From assembly GCA_951406725.2 (NCBI GenBank), contig OX597823.1:17236001-17300000 (forward strand): a stretch of 64,000 nucleotides of DNA. The letters run 5' to 3'. Below, piece by piece: positions 43,372 to 56,450 of this stretch. A model generated the notes under the pieces. The model did no database searches and was not told where the DNA came from. It saw nothing but the letters and a program-made list of their open reading frames with translations. The first letter of the stretch is position 1. Each line of letters starts with the position of its first letter. This DNA comes from Octopus vulgaris. Taxonomy: Eukaryota. The translations under genes and the position numbers were made by a program.

Positions 43372-43755
43372 GGAGGCGCAATGGCCCAGTGGTTAGGGCA
43401 GCGGACTCGCGGTCATAGGATCGCGGTTTCGATTCCCAGACCGGGCGTTGTGAGTGTTTATTGAGCGAAAACACCTAAAGCTACACGAGGCTCCGGCAGG
43501 GGATGGTGGTGATCCCTGCTGTACTCTTTCACCACAACTTTCTCTCACTCTTACTTCCTGTTTCTGTTGTACCTGTATTTCAAGGGGCCGGCCTTGTCAC
43601 TCTGTGTCACGCTGAATATCCCCGAGAACTACGTTAATGGTACACGTGTCTGTGGAGTGCTCAGCCACTTACACGTTAATTTCACGAGCAGGCTGTTCCG
43701 TTGATTCGGATCAACCGGAGCCCTCGTCGTCGTAACCGACAGAGTGCTTCCACCA
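43372..43755 (+). mobile_element. tRNA-derived SINE family C, nested at the end of a related copy (43195-43371)
   Basis: GGAGGCGCAATGGCCCAGTGGTTAGGGCAGCGGACTCG...GGTTTCGATTCCC. Related copies at ~1400-1717(-), 4560-4845, 18570-18853(-), 39470-39695(-), 41365-41612(-) and 41679-41985. Confidence 0.85.
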
Positions 43756-45374
43756 CAATCCATCCGGTGGTCTTTCATACTTTCCGCCTACTTGCAGCAT
43801 AAACGAACGGTTACGTAGTTTGCTTCGCATCAAAGATGTCTCGGGTTCGACCTTAGGCAATTGTCATTTTCTATAACGGCGTGTCAATCCATGTCTTGTG
43901 CAGATGCATCAGTATAGATATTACATACACATCAGGGACAACCCAAAGAGGTGGGGGCTGAGGGGCACGTGAACCCTTCGAGAAAAGAAGTGTACCCTTC
44001 TAAATAATGTTACAACGCCCTTTTCTCCTGGAATTGTTTTCCCTTCTGATCGTGTGACCTGTATTCGCAAAATTCTTGGGACCGCGCCTGCACATATAAG
44101 AGTACATATATACAGCCATGACTGCGTCTATAGTGCAATAATGTTTTTATTTTATTTATGGAAAGATGTGTGAGTGTTTTATAAAGATAACTGATTAGTG
44201 TACAGAGGAGTGTTGTGGGAGTGAGGTTGTAGTTAACTTGGGGTGTTCTTGAGGATTGCCGTTAACTTGGGGTGTTCTTGAGGATTGCCGTTAACTTGGG
44301 GATACACGATGATAAGTTCATGAATTTAATTGCAATTGCTGGACGGTTCTGTGCGTTACTGTCTTGAACAAGACGCTTATTTCCCTCCTTATTCCAGTCT
44401 ATTCTGCCGTAAATGAATACCTAATCGACAGCTGGTGAAGATCTTTCTCCTTTCAGCCGTCGCATCCTTAATGTTCCGCTGGGTTAACGGTCGAAGGTTA
44501 CAGAGAGTGTCGACGTCTACTTGCGACTACATAAAAGCAGTTAAACCAACCAGTGAAAGCATGGAACATGCTATCAAGTCATACCAACATGCGCGTGACA
44601 TTTATGGTTTTATGTATGTATAGACGTGTAAATGTTTATAATAAATGGTTTATGTATACGTGTGTGTAAATGTTTGCTTATGCATGACCTTACGGAAGCA
44701 AGCATGACCAAATGTGTGTGTGTGTGTGTGTGTGTGTATTGGTGTTGTTTGTTTAAAGTATAAAAGGGAATTTGTTTTCACTTGCGTAGTTAGAGTGAGT
44801 ACCATCCTGGGAAGCTCTACAGGCTCCCTCTCCACGGGGAGAACGCATTCCGTGAAGTCTTATACAGCAGACCAAGAAGTGCCGCCTCTATAAAGTCGCC
44901 CGGGGGGCGGACCCCCCCCCCCTCTCGTTAGCCCCACTAGCTTCTCTGCTGCCCTTTTATGATTTCTATGTGTGATGATGGCCCGGATATGTATAAAATA
45001 ATATGTAGAATGATATCTCTCTAAAGAGAGTAAACTTATTTTTGGTTCTATACGTGTGCGATGTGTGCTTCTGTATTCTGTATATCTACATGTGGGTCGC
45101 TAATGATGTTTGTACGATTAATGTACGCATGTCAGTTAATTAGAGTGCGGTTGTATAAGTAGTAGATGGAATCAGTCAAGATTTAACTGGAACATATGTC
45201 ATGTTCTCGTAAATTCAGAGTCTGTTTTTCTTCTCTTTTTATTGTTTGTTTCCTTTGCTTTTTCACTTTTTATATCTCAAGTGCAGCAGCCACTGTTCTG
45301 CTCTATTTTATCTCTAGACAGAATTTATAGCATAATTTATTTGCTATCCCAGTCTCGTGGCTATGTGTAAATGC

Positions 45375-45405
<31 letters not shown>

Positions 45406-45589
45406 TGTATGTATGTATGTATGTATGTATGTATGTATGTATGTATGTATGTATGTATGTATGTATGTATGTATGTATGTATGTATGTATGTATGTATGT
45501 ATGTATGTATGTATGTATGTATGTATGTGTATACGTGTGCTTGACTAATATGTATTCAAGGGTGTCGGTTTTTGTACTGAGTGTGTGTA

Positions 45590-45670
<81 letters not shown>

Positions 45671-46267
45671 GGATATGCATACATCAAGCACGCTCGCCCT
45701 TACATGCACATATAGACATGTACTTATACATGCACACGCAGGTAAATATATACAGAATTTTAAACTGTAATTTGGTAATTGTATTCTGAGTTTATATATG
45801 TGTATGCGTGCATAAATGTATGTATACTATTTATATTTTGTGTGTCTGAAGATATAGCTGAATAGCTAAAAGTTTGCTTCGTAACCATGAGGTCTAGGGT
45901 TCGATTAAACTTCATATAACTTTGACTTAATGTATTCTACAAAAGCCCATTATAAACCCAAGCTTTGTGAGTGAAATTCAGTTGGCGCAAACTGTGTAGA
46001 AGCCCATTTGATGCATTGTCCCTGTATTTAAAAGAATCAAACTTACACACAGTGACACCTTGAGTCAGTTTCAGGATTTCATTAACGGGTCCAGTGTCTG
46101 TGGAATTCTCAGTAAATTACATTATAATTTAAAAAGCGAGTAATTGCAATGAGCGAACTTGTGAAATACTTATTATTGAAGCTGACTTGAGACTTATAAA
46201 TATTCCATATTTGTACTGCCCCCAAAAAGTTCTCCCCCACAAACAAACAAACAAATAAACTGACCAC

Positions 46268-46676
46268 GGATCTTTTCGGTTTGAACGGCAGTTTTTAGCA
46301 TAATTTCTAGGTAACTAAAAAATTTTAAACTTCGTATACTGATAGAATGTATTTATAAAACATCTTTTTCTCTTGGCTTTATGGAGAAAATTCTATAGTT
46401 TGTAAGATATTTGTTGTGTTTTTTTCTTCAATTTCTGCAATTTCAACCAATCTCTGACGTCTATTGAGTTAAAAAACATTCTGTGCCATATGAATATGTC
46501 CCTCTTTTAAGAAACAGATTGGGTTTATTTACATTTCTGAAGAAAAAAAGATACTCTACCCCCACCCCTAACCCTAAACAGATTGAAATGCAATAGATCG
46601 ATACTAGGGTCATAATTATGGGTGACAATTTCATATGACACCACTAGAAAAACTGCCGTTCAAACCGAAAAGATTC
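46268..46676. mobile_element. MITE with ~29-bp TIRs and an 8-bp TSD (GG-terminated, Merlin-like; superfamily tentative)
   Basis: GGATCTTTTCGGTTTGAACGGCAGTTTTT ... AAAAACTGCCGTTCAAACCGAAAAGATTC; TSD CTGACCAC at 46260-46267 and 46677-46684. Confidence 0.85.
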
Positions 46677-47422
46677 CTGACCACCGGCCTAGGGATATCG
46701 CTAAAATTGCTACCCACGTCAAGGGGTATCGAACTACCATCATGTCTTTCCGAAAACAATACTGCTATATATTTCCCTTAACAACTGGGCAATGCAGCCT
46801 TGAGACATTAACATTTGCACTGCAAACAGTCAGCGGCGGATATGAGCAACGATGAATTTATTTTAGTTATGTTTATCTTTTCATCAAGGGGTATTCCCAA
46901 ATCCATGACCTGGCTCAAATGCTTGCAATACAATGGACTCAACTAAAAACACCTAAAGATTAGGTGCTAGTGTTACATTTGGTGATAGATTACGCCTGAT
47001 ACCCAAATAGTTCATGGTGGGATTCGGACTTAGAATGCAAAAAGACGGAACAAATACCACAAGGTACCCGGTCCGACGTTCAAACATTTACGCCAATATA
47101 CCACTCTGAAAGGATGAAAGGCAAAGTCTGTTTCAGCGGGGTTTGAACTCAGATCGCAGGGAATGTCATAATCCAACGCTCTAACAACACTATCAGGTTG
47201 CAGTCGCTTCTAGACAGCAAATGAATATTAATTAACTAATTAGTCTTTTTTATGAAGGACGCTTTCTGTTCAAGGGTTGTAGATGACTTCGAAGAGTCGG
47301 GTCAGTAGCGTAGGTAGAGTGGGAGGGGGACAGAAAGGAGGGCAGTCCACTCTGGGCGACGTTTTTGTGGGGATGGCTTTATAGTCTCGGGAACTCTGTG
47401 GAAAGAACGAACTCAAGAACTG

Positions 47423-47849
47423 TGCGAGAGAGGTGATTTGGAAGACGAGGCTGAAAGGTATAGAGTCAGGCAATTTCATCTCTGGCCCTGGACTGATGAA
47501 TTACTTCATCTTCCATCTGAAAAGGAAAATAGGGCTGGAGAGATAATGCCTGACTGGGAAAGTGTTCGAAAAACGATGGAAGAATGTAGCACGGATGTTG
47601 CGTATGAGTGAGACAGGATAAAACCCAGGTATCTGTGGCGAGGTGGGGTCCGAGCTAAACCCGCCCCCCACTCCATCCGTAATGTCTTCCGGTCTGTCCC
47701 ATTATCCAATTTTTTCGATTTTATTGAGTTTCGTAATTGTGTGTTAAAGTTTTTAAATTCATCATCTATGTAAAACCATTCGTAAATCTGATCCCAAATC
47801 AGATTGTGTTGTCCCCTCTTTGTTCGCCCCTTGTGGGTAATAAAAAATC
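47423..47849 (+). mobile_element. 5'-truncated 3' end of a third, more distant Tx1-like LINE family, with a 16-bp TSD
   Basis: Translates as AREVIWKTRLKGIESGNFISGPGLMNYFIFHLKRKIGLER*..FEKRWKNVARM, homologous to the ORF2 C-terminus (KECVWWTRAKGLETNTYLSGHSLINFFKYHLKRKVRMER..FNKRWVNVAKM). Ends GCCCCTTGTGGGTAATAAA. Direct repeat ACGAACTCAAGAACTG at 47407-47422 and 47850-47865. Confidence 0.8.
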
Positions 47850-49085
47850 ACGAACTCAAGAACTGCCCCGGGTAGCTCACACCCATAGCTATGCTATTGC
47901 AAAAAAAAAAAAAATGTCTTTGATCTGGCAGTGCTACGTGTTTGAGACAACCTCTACAGTTACGACCAGCGCTGTCAACCAGGCCTGTCCAAGATGTGAA
48001 GAGAGCGATGAATCAGTGATTTGGTCCATTGGAAAAATTATAACCAACGCTACAATTCATTGTTCATGAAAATGTGATAGAAAAATAAAAAAAGAAAAAA
48101 AAGCACTGGTAATGATTAAATCTGTTGCAGTTCTCTCCAAAATGTGTGACCTCGTGCCAATGTAAGTCACCATTATCAATTCTATTACAAGCGAAATTCT
48201 GCCTACTTAATGCTTGCTGACGACATTTTTAATTTCACTGAAATATTTATTCATTTTATATTGCTAAGCACATACATGTCTCATATTTCGAGTCGGTCGG
48301 TCGGTTCAACGAAGGCAACATCTGTAAGAGGTCATAAAATAGGACTACTTCTGGCGTAGGAAGAGGAGGAGGAGGTGCTGAATGTGAAAGTGGTGGTGAG
48401 TGTGTGGTAGTGGTGGTGGTGTGTGTTTAGAGTGATAGAGAAATGGTTGTGTGTATGCGTGGAGAAACAGGATGCAGACGATTAAAAAAAAAAAACATAG
48501 GAGGAGAGAAGGAAGTAGGGAATCACCAGTGACTAAAAGAGAAGAGGAAAGAGAAAACGAGTAGATAGAGAAAAACACACTATTCCATCTCATATCAGGT
48601 AGGAAATTAGTGTTTTCGTCTTGATCTGACATATTCATGTGGTTTATTGAGATTATGTGTATATATCGTTGACGTTAATTCAGGATGAATTCCACTTCTG
48701 ATTACTTCAATCATAGATTACGCTAACTTAAAAAAATTTGATAACAACGAACTAACAAGAGAACCTACAAATGCCAGACGTGAGAGAATGTTTTTAGTAC
48801 CATGGAGTGAATGGTAAGTATGTAAGAACTTGTTGGGGCGTATCTGAGAGAAAAATAGTTTTAATTCTAGAAATTCCTTGATATGCAGTTTCTATTAAAG
48901 TACTGTTTTGGTCTGAAGACTTAAATTGTTTACGCGCATACACACGCGCACCGTATAAAAATAGCTTGCTTACCAACCACATGGTACCGGGTTCAGTCCC
49001 ATTGCGTGGCACCTTGGGCAAGTATCTTCTACTATAGCCTCGGGCCGACCAAAGCCTTGTAAGTGGATTTGGTAGACGGAAACTG

Positions 49086-49178
<93 letters not shown>

Positions 49179-49581
49179 TAATCTGTCGCCCTGTTTAATC
49201 TAACAACTAAGCCCTCAGACTCGACTTTGTTGCAAATGTTTAAACCAAGTTTCCATTTCGAATGTAATTTTCTCCTTTGCTGTTTCATGTCTAGAAGACC
49301 CTGAACAAAGTCATAGGCGCTGGTGTTCTTCAGCTGACTAAACATTATTAAGAGAGAATAAACAGTTGAAAGATTAAACGGATGTTGTATAATAGAACTG
49401 AGCGTCAGTGATGAGGTCGTACGTGTATAACGAAACACTTCGACACTTTACAGTGTCTTCAACCACCCACTCACTACCTCTCGAAAAAAAACAAAAAAAT
49501 GAATATAACTATATTCGGATCCTCTTCGCTTGAATTACAGAGCCCGATTTTTAAATTTTTTTACGCAAACGAATTGAAGGC

Positions 49582-50091
49582 ATGGCTGCTCTCCATTATT
49601 GGGATCGCCTTAAAGCCTTGAAACTCTACTCTCTCCAGCGTCGCCGTGAGCGGTACATCATTTGTACGATGTGGAGAATATACTGCCAACTTTGCCCAAA
49701 CGACCTGAACATTAGCTTCAAGGTTCATCCAAGACTGGGACCACGGGCCATACGTCCCCTGCCCAATTCAAGATCACAGCATACATGTACACTACAACAT
49801 AATTTCTTTTCCTCAACAGGCCCTGCCCTATTTAACATTGTCCCGAAAGAGATCAAAGAGGAACAGGATCCCATCAACTTTAAACGGAGTCTGGATAGAT
49901 TCCTTCAAGGAATACTAGATAAGCCACCCATAATTGGATACAACTCACCCAACAAAAACTCACTACTTGAATGGACCATAAACAAAACTTGACTTAAACA
50001 GGATTCAAATAATCCTATCAGGTGGTGCTATTAAGTTAGACATGGCCTGGACCAATCATTGGTCGAAACGTATCTAAGTTTATCTAAGTTT
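49582..50091 (+). mobile_element. CR1-group LINE 3' fragment
   Basis: LHYWDRLKALKLYSLQRRRERY...FFSSTGPALFN..P...FKRSLDRFL, then a short 3' UTR ending in tandem TATCTAAGTT repeats. Confidence 0.8.
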
Positions 50092-50092
50092 A

Positions 50093-50833
50093 ATGTAGTT
50101 TGCATGTTAATTACGAAAATCACATTAATTTTTTTTTTATATAGACATTAATAAGAAAATTGTTATGGATCTTTGAAGACTGAAATTTTAGGTAATTTTT
50201 GGAAATTAGGACCCCCCATTATTGACATACCGGAAATCACAATTGCCATGCTGGGGCAACAACCTGAACGATTTTTTTTTTTAGTTTTAGTTGAACAAAT
50301 CGATCCCAGGACTTTATTTTTAAAGCCTAGTACTTTTTTTATCGCTCTCTTTTGCCGAACCGTTAGTTTACGGGGACACACACACGCACACACCAGTTAC
50401 GGGGACACACACACACACAACGGCTTTCTTTCAGTTTCCACCTACCAAATCCAATTACAAGGCTTTGGTCGGCCCTATGCTATAGTAAAAGACACTTTCC
50501 CAAGGTGCCACGCAGTGGGACTGAACTCGGAACCATGTGGTTGGAAAGCAAGCTTCTTACCACACAACCACGCCTGCGCCTACACGTACACACGCACATA
50601 CACACATCATTGCTATTACGCAAAAGTGTCGTAAGTCCAAAACGTTGCTTTTTCAGAAAAAGAAAAAATAGTTTCACCATTCCATAGCAAAATCGTTGTA
50701 TTACACTTTGACAATTTTTGATATCTTGGCATCTGAAGCAGTTGGAGATACGATAGTTTGATCGAAAATAATATTGAAAAAAAAACCCGCATTTGGCTAA
50801 ATTTGGACATAAGACAGTTTAACATAATAGCAA

Positions 50834-50874
<41 letters not shown>

Positions 50875-51052
50875 TAAACTTGACACTCGCCATAATACCG
50901 TCAATACACAGTAATTGCGATTTTCTTGTATATGAAGGCTTCTTATTGGCTAAAATTGCCTAAAATTTCAATCGTTTAAAGTCCGTAACTCTTTCAGTAT
51001 TTATGTCTCCCAGAAGCGATTGTGATTTTCATAATTAGCATGCGAACTACAT
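50093..51052. mobile_element. Non-autonomous DNA transposon with ~32-bp TIRs and a nested SINE
   Basis: ATGTAGTTTGCATGTTAATTACGAAAATCACA at 50093 and its near reverse complement TGTGATTTTCATAATTAGCATGCGAACTACAT ending at 51052; a SINE lies at ~50245-50580. Confidence 0.7.
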
Positions 51053-51062
51053 CTATATAGAA

Positions 51063-51323
51063 CAGTGGCACCCAAGCTTTTTCGGGCTGCCGCCTCCTTG
51101 ACACCCAGGTCACATTCCTAGCGCCCCAACCCCAACTAACCAGCTCAAGCATTGACCTCTTTCTGAAGCAAATTCAAAGCAACTGTATTTCACAAATAAA
51201 ACTTAACCAAATGAATCCATTATTTTGTTGTTTTTTCATGAATCGCTACCCCATTATCACCCCATTTTTCCACCGTCCCCCCCAGCGAGTGGGAGGCAAT
51301 ACCACCCACTTTGGGAACCACTG
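51063..51323. mobile_element. hAT/Charlie-like MITE
   Basis: Termini CAGTGGCACCCAA ... TTGGGAACCACTG; no clear TSD. Confidence 0.55.
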
Positions 51324-51545
51324 ATACTCTTTACTCTTTCAATTGTTTCAGTCATTTGACAACGGCCATGCTGGAGCACCGCCTCTAGTCGAGCAAATCG
51401 ACCCCGGGACTTATTCTTTGTAAGCCTAGTACTTATTCTATCGGTCTCTTTTGCCGAACCGCTAAGTGACGGGGACGTAAACACACCAGCATCGGTTGTC
51501 AAGGGATGTTGGGGTGACAAACACAGACAGACAGACAGACAGACA

Positions 51546-51589
<44 letters not shown>

Positions 51590-53068
51590 CATATATACGA
51601 CGGGCTTCTTTCAGTTTCCGTCTACCAAATCCACTCACAAGGCTTTGGTCGGCCTGAGGCTATAGTAGAAGACACTTGCCCGAGGTGCTACGCAATGGGA
51701 CTGAACCCGGTATCATGTGGTTGGTAAGCAAGCTATTTTTTATAAAATGGGCCCGGGAAATTCAAACGGAAAACAGCCAATTATTCTTATATTCTTCTGT
51801 TTTCAGTCCTCGGACTAGAACCGTATTCATGGATTTTAATCAATTATATCGACCTGGTACTTTTTTCTAGTGCCTATTTTATTAATCTCGTAACTCACAC
51901 GGTTTTTGTTCTGCGTAGAAGATTTTTGTTCTGCGTACCACTTTTGTCCTTATATTCCACTCGTCGGAACACACATACCCGACGGATTTCTGCACAGTTT
52001 TCCCCAAGCTTATGTGACTTACAAGGCGTTCGTCAACCCCAATGCTCACATTGCAGAACCGTAAGATCATGTAGTTTGCATGTTAATTACGAAAATCACA
52101 TTAATTTTTTTTTTATATAGACATTAATAAGAAAATTGTTATGGATCTTTGAAGACTGAAATTTTAGGTAATTTTTGGAAATTAGGAGCCCCCATTATTG
52201 ACACCGGAAATCACAATTGCCATGCTGGGGTAACAACCTGAACGACTTTTTTTTTAGTTTTAGTTGAACAAATCGATCTCAGGACTTTATTTTTAAAGCC
52301 TAGCACTTTTTTTTTATTGCAGAACCGTAAGATCGAACCCTGTTCGTTGTAAAGTGAACTTATGAACCACATGTATGCTTTAAAATGGCTACTCTCATGA
52401 CACTTCCATGATTTAATATTTTTGTTTCCTTTTTACTATTAGCGAAGAAGGCATTGCCGATTACTCATTACAGAGCTTCCGAAACGTGGAGGGAAGAGGA
52501 AATTATTCTCAAACCGGAAACAACTCTCGAATGCTTGCAACTGAATGGATGCGCTAAAGGCACTCAATGTGCCCGGAAGTGGTGCTGTTAAGTCGGGCGA
52601 CGCATTAATTCTACCATCCAAGTAGGCCACCGCGGGATTTGAACTCAGAACGTGCTTATTCTTTCCAAGTGGTATTTTTCTGGCTCATTGCACTCCGTGT
52701 TCAAGTTCCACCAAAGTCAATCTTGCCTTTCCTCCTTCTGGGGATCAATAATTGAAGAACCAATCCAAAGCAGAGGAATGGTATAATATTTTGTTGAATT
52801 TGTTCCGGGGATCTGCGTTCTGTGTTATAATCCAACCGTGACCTAAATGGTTGCTTGACTTAATCCGTTGCCTGCTTTATCATCATCACCAGCCCCTTGT
52901 GTGTTTTTAGCAGAGTCCACTTTATTGCTAACACTCAAGCCAGGTTTCTAGGTTGATGATACATTTCTCCCCCTTTTTCCCACCAGTTTTTTTTTTTTTT
53001 TTTGCTTAATCATCGCAAACAATTCTTTGCCTCAGTTATATGCCGTTTTATTCCGCGCAGGTACGTGT

Positions 53069-53070
<2 letters not shown>

Positions 53071-53110
<40 letters not shown>

Positions 53111-53341
53111 ACACACTCACACACTTAGACACACACACAGACACAGACACATAGACACACACACAGACACACACACAGACACACAGACACACACACACAC
53201 AGACACATAGACACACACACAGACACACACACAGACACACACACAGACACACACACACAGACACACACACACACATAAACACACAGACACACACACACAC
53301 ACAGACACACACACACAGACACATAGACACACACACGCACA

Positions 53342-53415
<74 letters not shown>
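53071..53415 (+). repeat. Compound (AC)n/(ACAG) microsatellite
   Basis: Direct reading. Confidence 0.95.
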
Positions 53416-53417
<2 letters not shown>

Positions 53418-53463
53418 TGCACACAGATGTTTTCTCTGTCTCTCTCAATATTTCTTTTATAAA

Positions 53464-53723
53464 CCCTTTCATAACGATATCTTATAAAAAACTGCCCTGC
53501 TTATGTGCTTCATTTAACTTTTCAAATATAATCAGAGGAAATTATTAAAATAACTCTTTCATTATTAATCGGTGTTCGTGACACGACTTAACATAACACT
53601 TCTAACATAACCCTACGATGGAAGTATTTCAATTAAAATATGAATACTTTAAAATGTGAGATTATGTATGGAAAAAAAAAAAGGCGGTCTCAGGCGGGTT
53701 GGTATCAAAAGCTTATCAAAGGG
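53464..53723. mobile_element. piggyBac-like MITE
   Basis: CCCTTT ... AAAGGG termini followed by TTAA (left flank is TAAA). Confidence 0.5.
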
Positions 53724-53816
53724 TTAAAATTGAATCTTGATTGTAATTGAATATGTTAATTCGCAATTATCAATTTCTGATTATTAATGTTAATGTGAAG
53801 ATTATATTTAGATAGC

Positions 53817-53863
<47 letters not shown>

Positions 53864-53931
53864 TAAACATTCATTTAATATATATATATATATATATATA
53901 TACGCAGAAAATTTAACAAAACCTAATGAAC

Positions 53932-53972
<41 letters not shown>

Positions 53973-54104
53973 TTAAAGATGAATTCAGGATGAATTCACT
54001 TTTGATTACTTCAGTCATAGATTACGCTAACTTAAAAAATTTGATAACAACGAACTAACAAGAGAACCTTTAAATAAAGCATATTACTCTACCACTGGTA
54101 TTTG

Positions 54105-54147
54105 AGTACTCTTTTTCCACCTTGTTTCACATTTATGTGTTTACTCC

Positions 54148-54195
<48 letters not shown>

Positions 54196-54237
54196 GGAGT
54201 AAACACATAAATGTGAAACAAGGTGGAAAAAAGAGTA

Positions 54238-54239
<2 letters not shown>
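54105..54239. repeat. Near-perfect palindrome with a (TA)n centre
   Basis: AGTACTCTTTTTCCACCTTGTTTCACATTTATGTGTTTACTCCGG-(TA)n-CCGGAGTAAACACATAAATGTGAAACAAGGTGGAAAAAAGAGTACT. Confidence 0.85.
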
Positions 54240-54278
<39 letters not shown>

Positions 54279-54292
54279 GTAAACATTCATAA

Positions 54293-54329
<37 letters not shown>

Positions 54330-54343
54330 GTAAACATTCATAA

Positions 54344-54392
<49 letters not shown>

Positions 54393-54828
54393 ATATATAC
54401 ATATGCCTATAAGGACGTGCGCGCGCGCACAGACACGTACGAACACACGCACAGACACATATATACGTACATACATGTGTATACGTATTTGAATATTATT
54501 TGCATTGCTATTATTCTTAAAAACTGAAGCCTCTTTAATCATTGCCCTAAACTTCACATTACCAAGTAATCAGGCAATTTGCTTAAATAAACGGCAACGT
54601 GAAACCTCGATTGGCGATTCAAAGAGCTTCCCTAATAAGCTCTACTGTATATATTGAATCTTTTATTGCTTGTAAATACAAACAATCACCGATCCACTCA
54701 CATACGAAGATAATAAAGGATATTCTATGCGTGTGTGAGTGTGCGTATGTGTGAGTGATTCTGAGTATGTGTGTTGTGTGCCTCGTGGAAGCGCCATCCA
54801 ACCAAAATGCAAATATATGGGAAATTAC

Positions 54829-54969
54829 CACCTTTTCCGTTTGATGGACGGAATTTTCTCAAAAAAGCTAAGTGAAATTAATGTTTTCTTTTGACACATT
54901 CTACCAGTATACGAAGTTTCAAATTGTTTAGTTAACTAGAAAATTCCGTCCATCAAAAGGAAAAGATCC
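54829..54969. mobile_element. Short MITE related to the 46268 element
   Basis: Inverted termini CTTTTCCGTTTGATGGACGGAATTTTCT / AGAAAATTCCGTCCATCAAAAGGAAAAGATCC; internal CAGTATACGAAGTTT is shared, inverted, with ~46327-46341. Confidence 0.7.
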
Positions 54970-55947
54970 TATGTGTGTATGTAGGTGTTAGTGCATAAGA
55001 TGTACATTGATATATGATTGCTTGTGTATTTCTGATTGGTTTAAATATTCCTTTGAATAAGCGCTATCAATGTCATCTGTATTTTCGCATTCATCAAACC
55101 ATGGCGTCTAAGCTGAACACTGATTGGTTAAAATAGTGTTCGTAAGCTTTAGTCTGCTGGAACTTATCGGAAGGTATATTAATAAGAAAAATACAGCCAT
55201 TTCACTACAGTCGTCAAATGTGAAGCACATTAGCTGTGTTTCAATGCTGCTACTACATAAATATTTACCCGAAGATTATAAATAAAATTGGGAAGTACTT
55301 GTAATACTGTAATATGTAATATTGCCAAAGGCAGCGAGCTGGCAGAAACGTTAGCACGCCGGGCGAAATGCTTAGCAGTATTTCGCCTGTCTTTTACGTT
55401 CTGAGTTCAAAATCCGCCGAGGTCGACTTTGCCTTTTATCCTTTCGGGGTCTTTACTACCTGCAAGGGGCTAAACACAGAGGGGACAAACAAGGACAGAC
55501 AAAGGGATTAAGTCGATTACATCGACCCCCAGTGCGTAACTGGTACTTATTTAATCGGCAGTTGCGTACTGGAGTCGATCTAATCGTCTGGCCCCCTCCC
55601 TAAAAATTTCGGGCCTTGTGCCTTAGAGTAGAAAAGGTTACTCTCATCTTCAGTGCATGAGTTTAGTTTTAAAATAAAATTGTTTTACTCTCATGCATAT
55701 AAAATGTGAAAATCGGTTTATGTTGGAATTTGATTGACTAACACACACATACACAGATACGCGTACGAGAATGCAAGAGCGCACCCCCTGATGTCAGGCT
55801 GATGAAGTCCCCTCCCCCAATACAATTATTGTGTAACTTTTCATATGAAAAAACTCAAGTGCTATGGTGGTAGGAACGGAATGGTATCGGAACAATTGTA
55901 ACTTATAAAAATGTGCTAAATTCATTCTTCGTCTACCACACTGGATT

Positions 55948-55948
55948 A

Positions 55949-56045
<97 letters not shown>

Positions 56046-56101
56046 GCCTGTCTGTCTATCTATCTATCTAGCTGCCTGTCTGTCTATCTATCTATCTACT
56101 G

Positions 56102-56132
<31 letters not shown>

Positions 56133-56133
56133 G

Positions 56134-56181
<48 letters not shown>

Positions 56182-56189
56182 GCTGCCTG

Positions 56190-56228
<39 letters not shown>

Positions 56229-56229
56229 C
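55948..56229 (+). repeat. (TATC)n microsatellite, 5' flank of the LINE
   Basis: Direct reading; contains AGCTGCCTGTC variant units. Confidence 0.95.
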
Positions 56230-56450
56230 TGACTGACGGATGTGATGTCGTTTCGGCTCCGAAGGTAATCATTTATTTTGACTATTTAAAAGTGTATATT
56301 GACAAACATTTTTTGCTTAAAAGTTGTACAACAACATCCACTGTAAACCTTTGATAAATATCGACACAAAATTTTGCCCCTTGTGGGCAAAATTTAAAAG
56401 AAAAAATTCTCATAGCCTTCGTGGTTTCATTTAGCCATTTTATTTCCAAA

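Noticed and set aside
43372-43445. tRNA-like sequences with A and B boxes
   Set aside because: They continue into SINE bodies in many copies; these are SINE heads, not tRNA genes.
55799-55850. CTGATGA just upstream of the LINE, a possible 5' ribozyme
   Set aside because: No paired stem II/GAAA/UH arrangement, and it lies outside the element; I also could not build an HDV-like fold at 56230.
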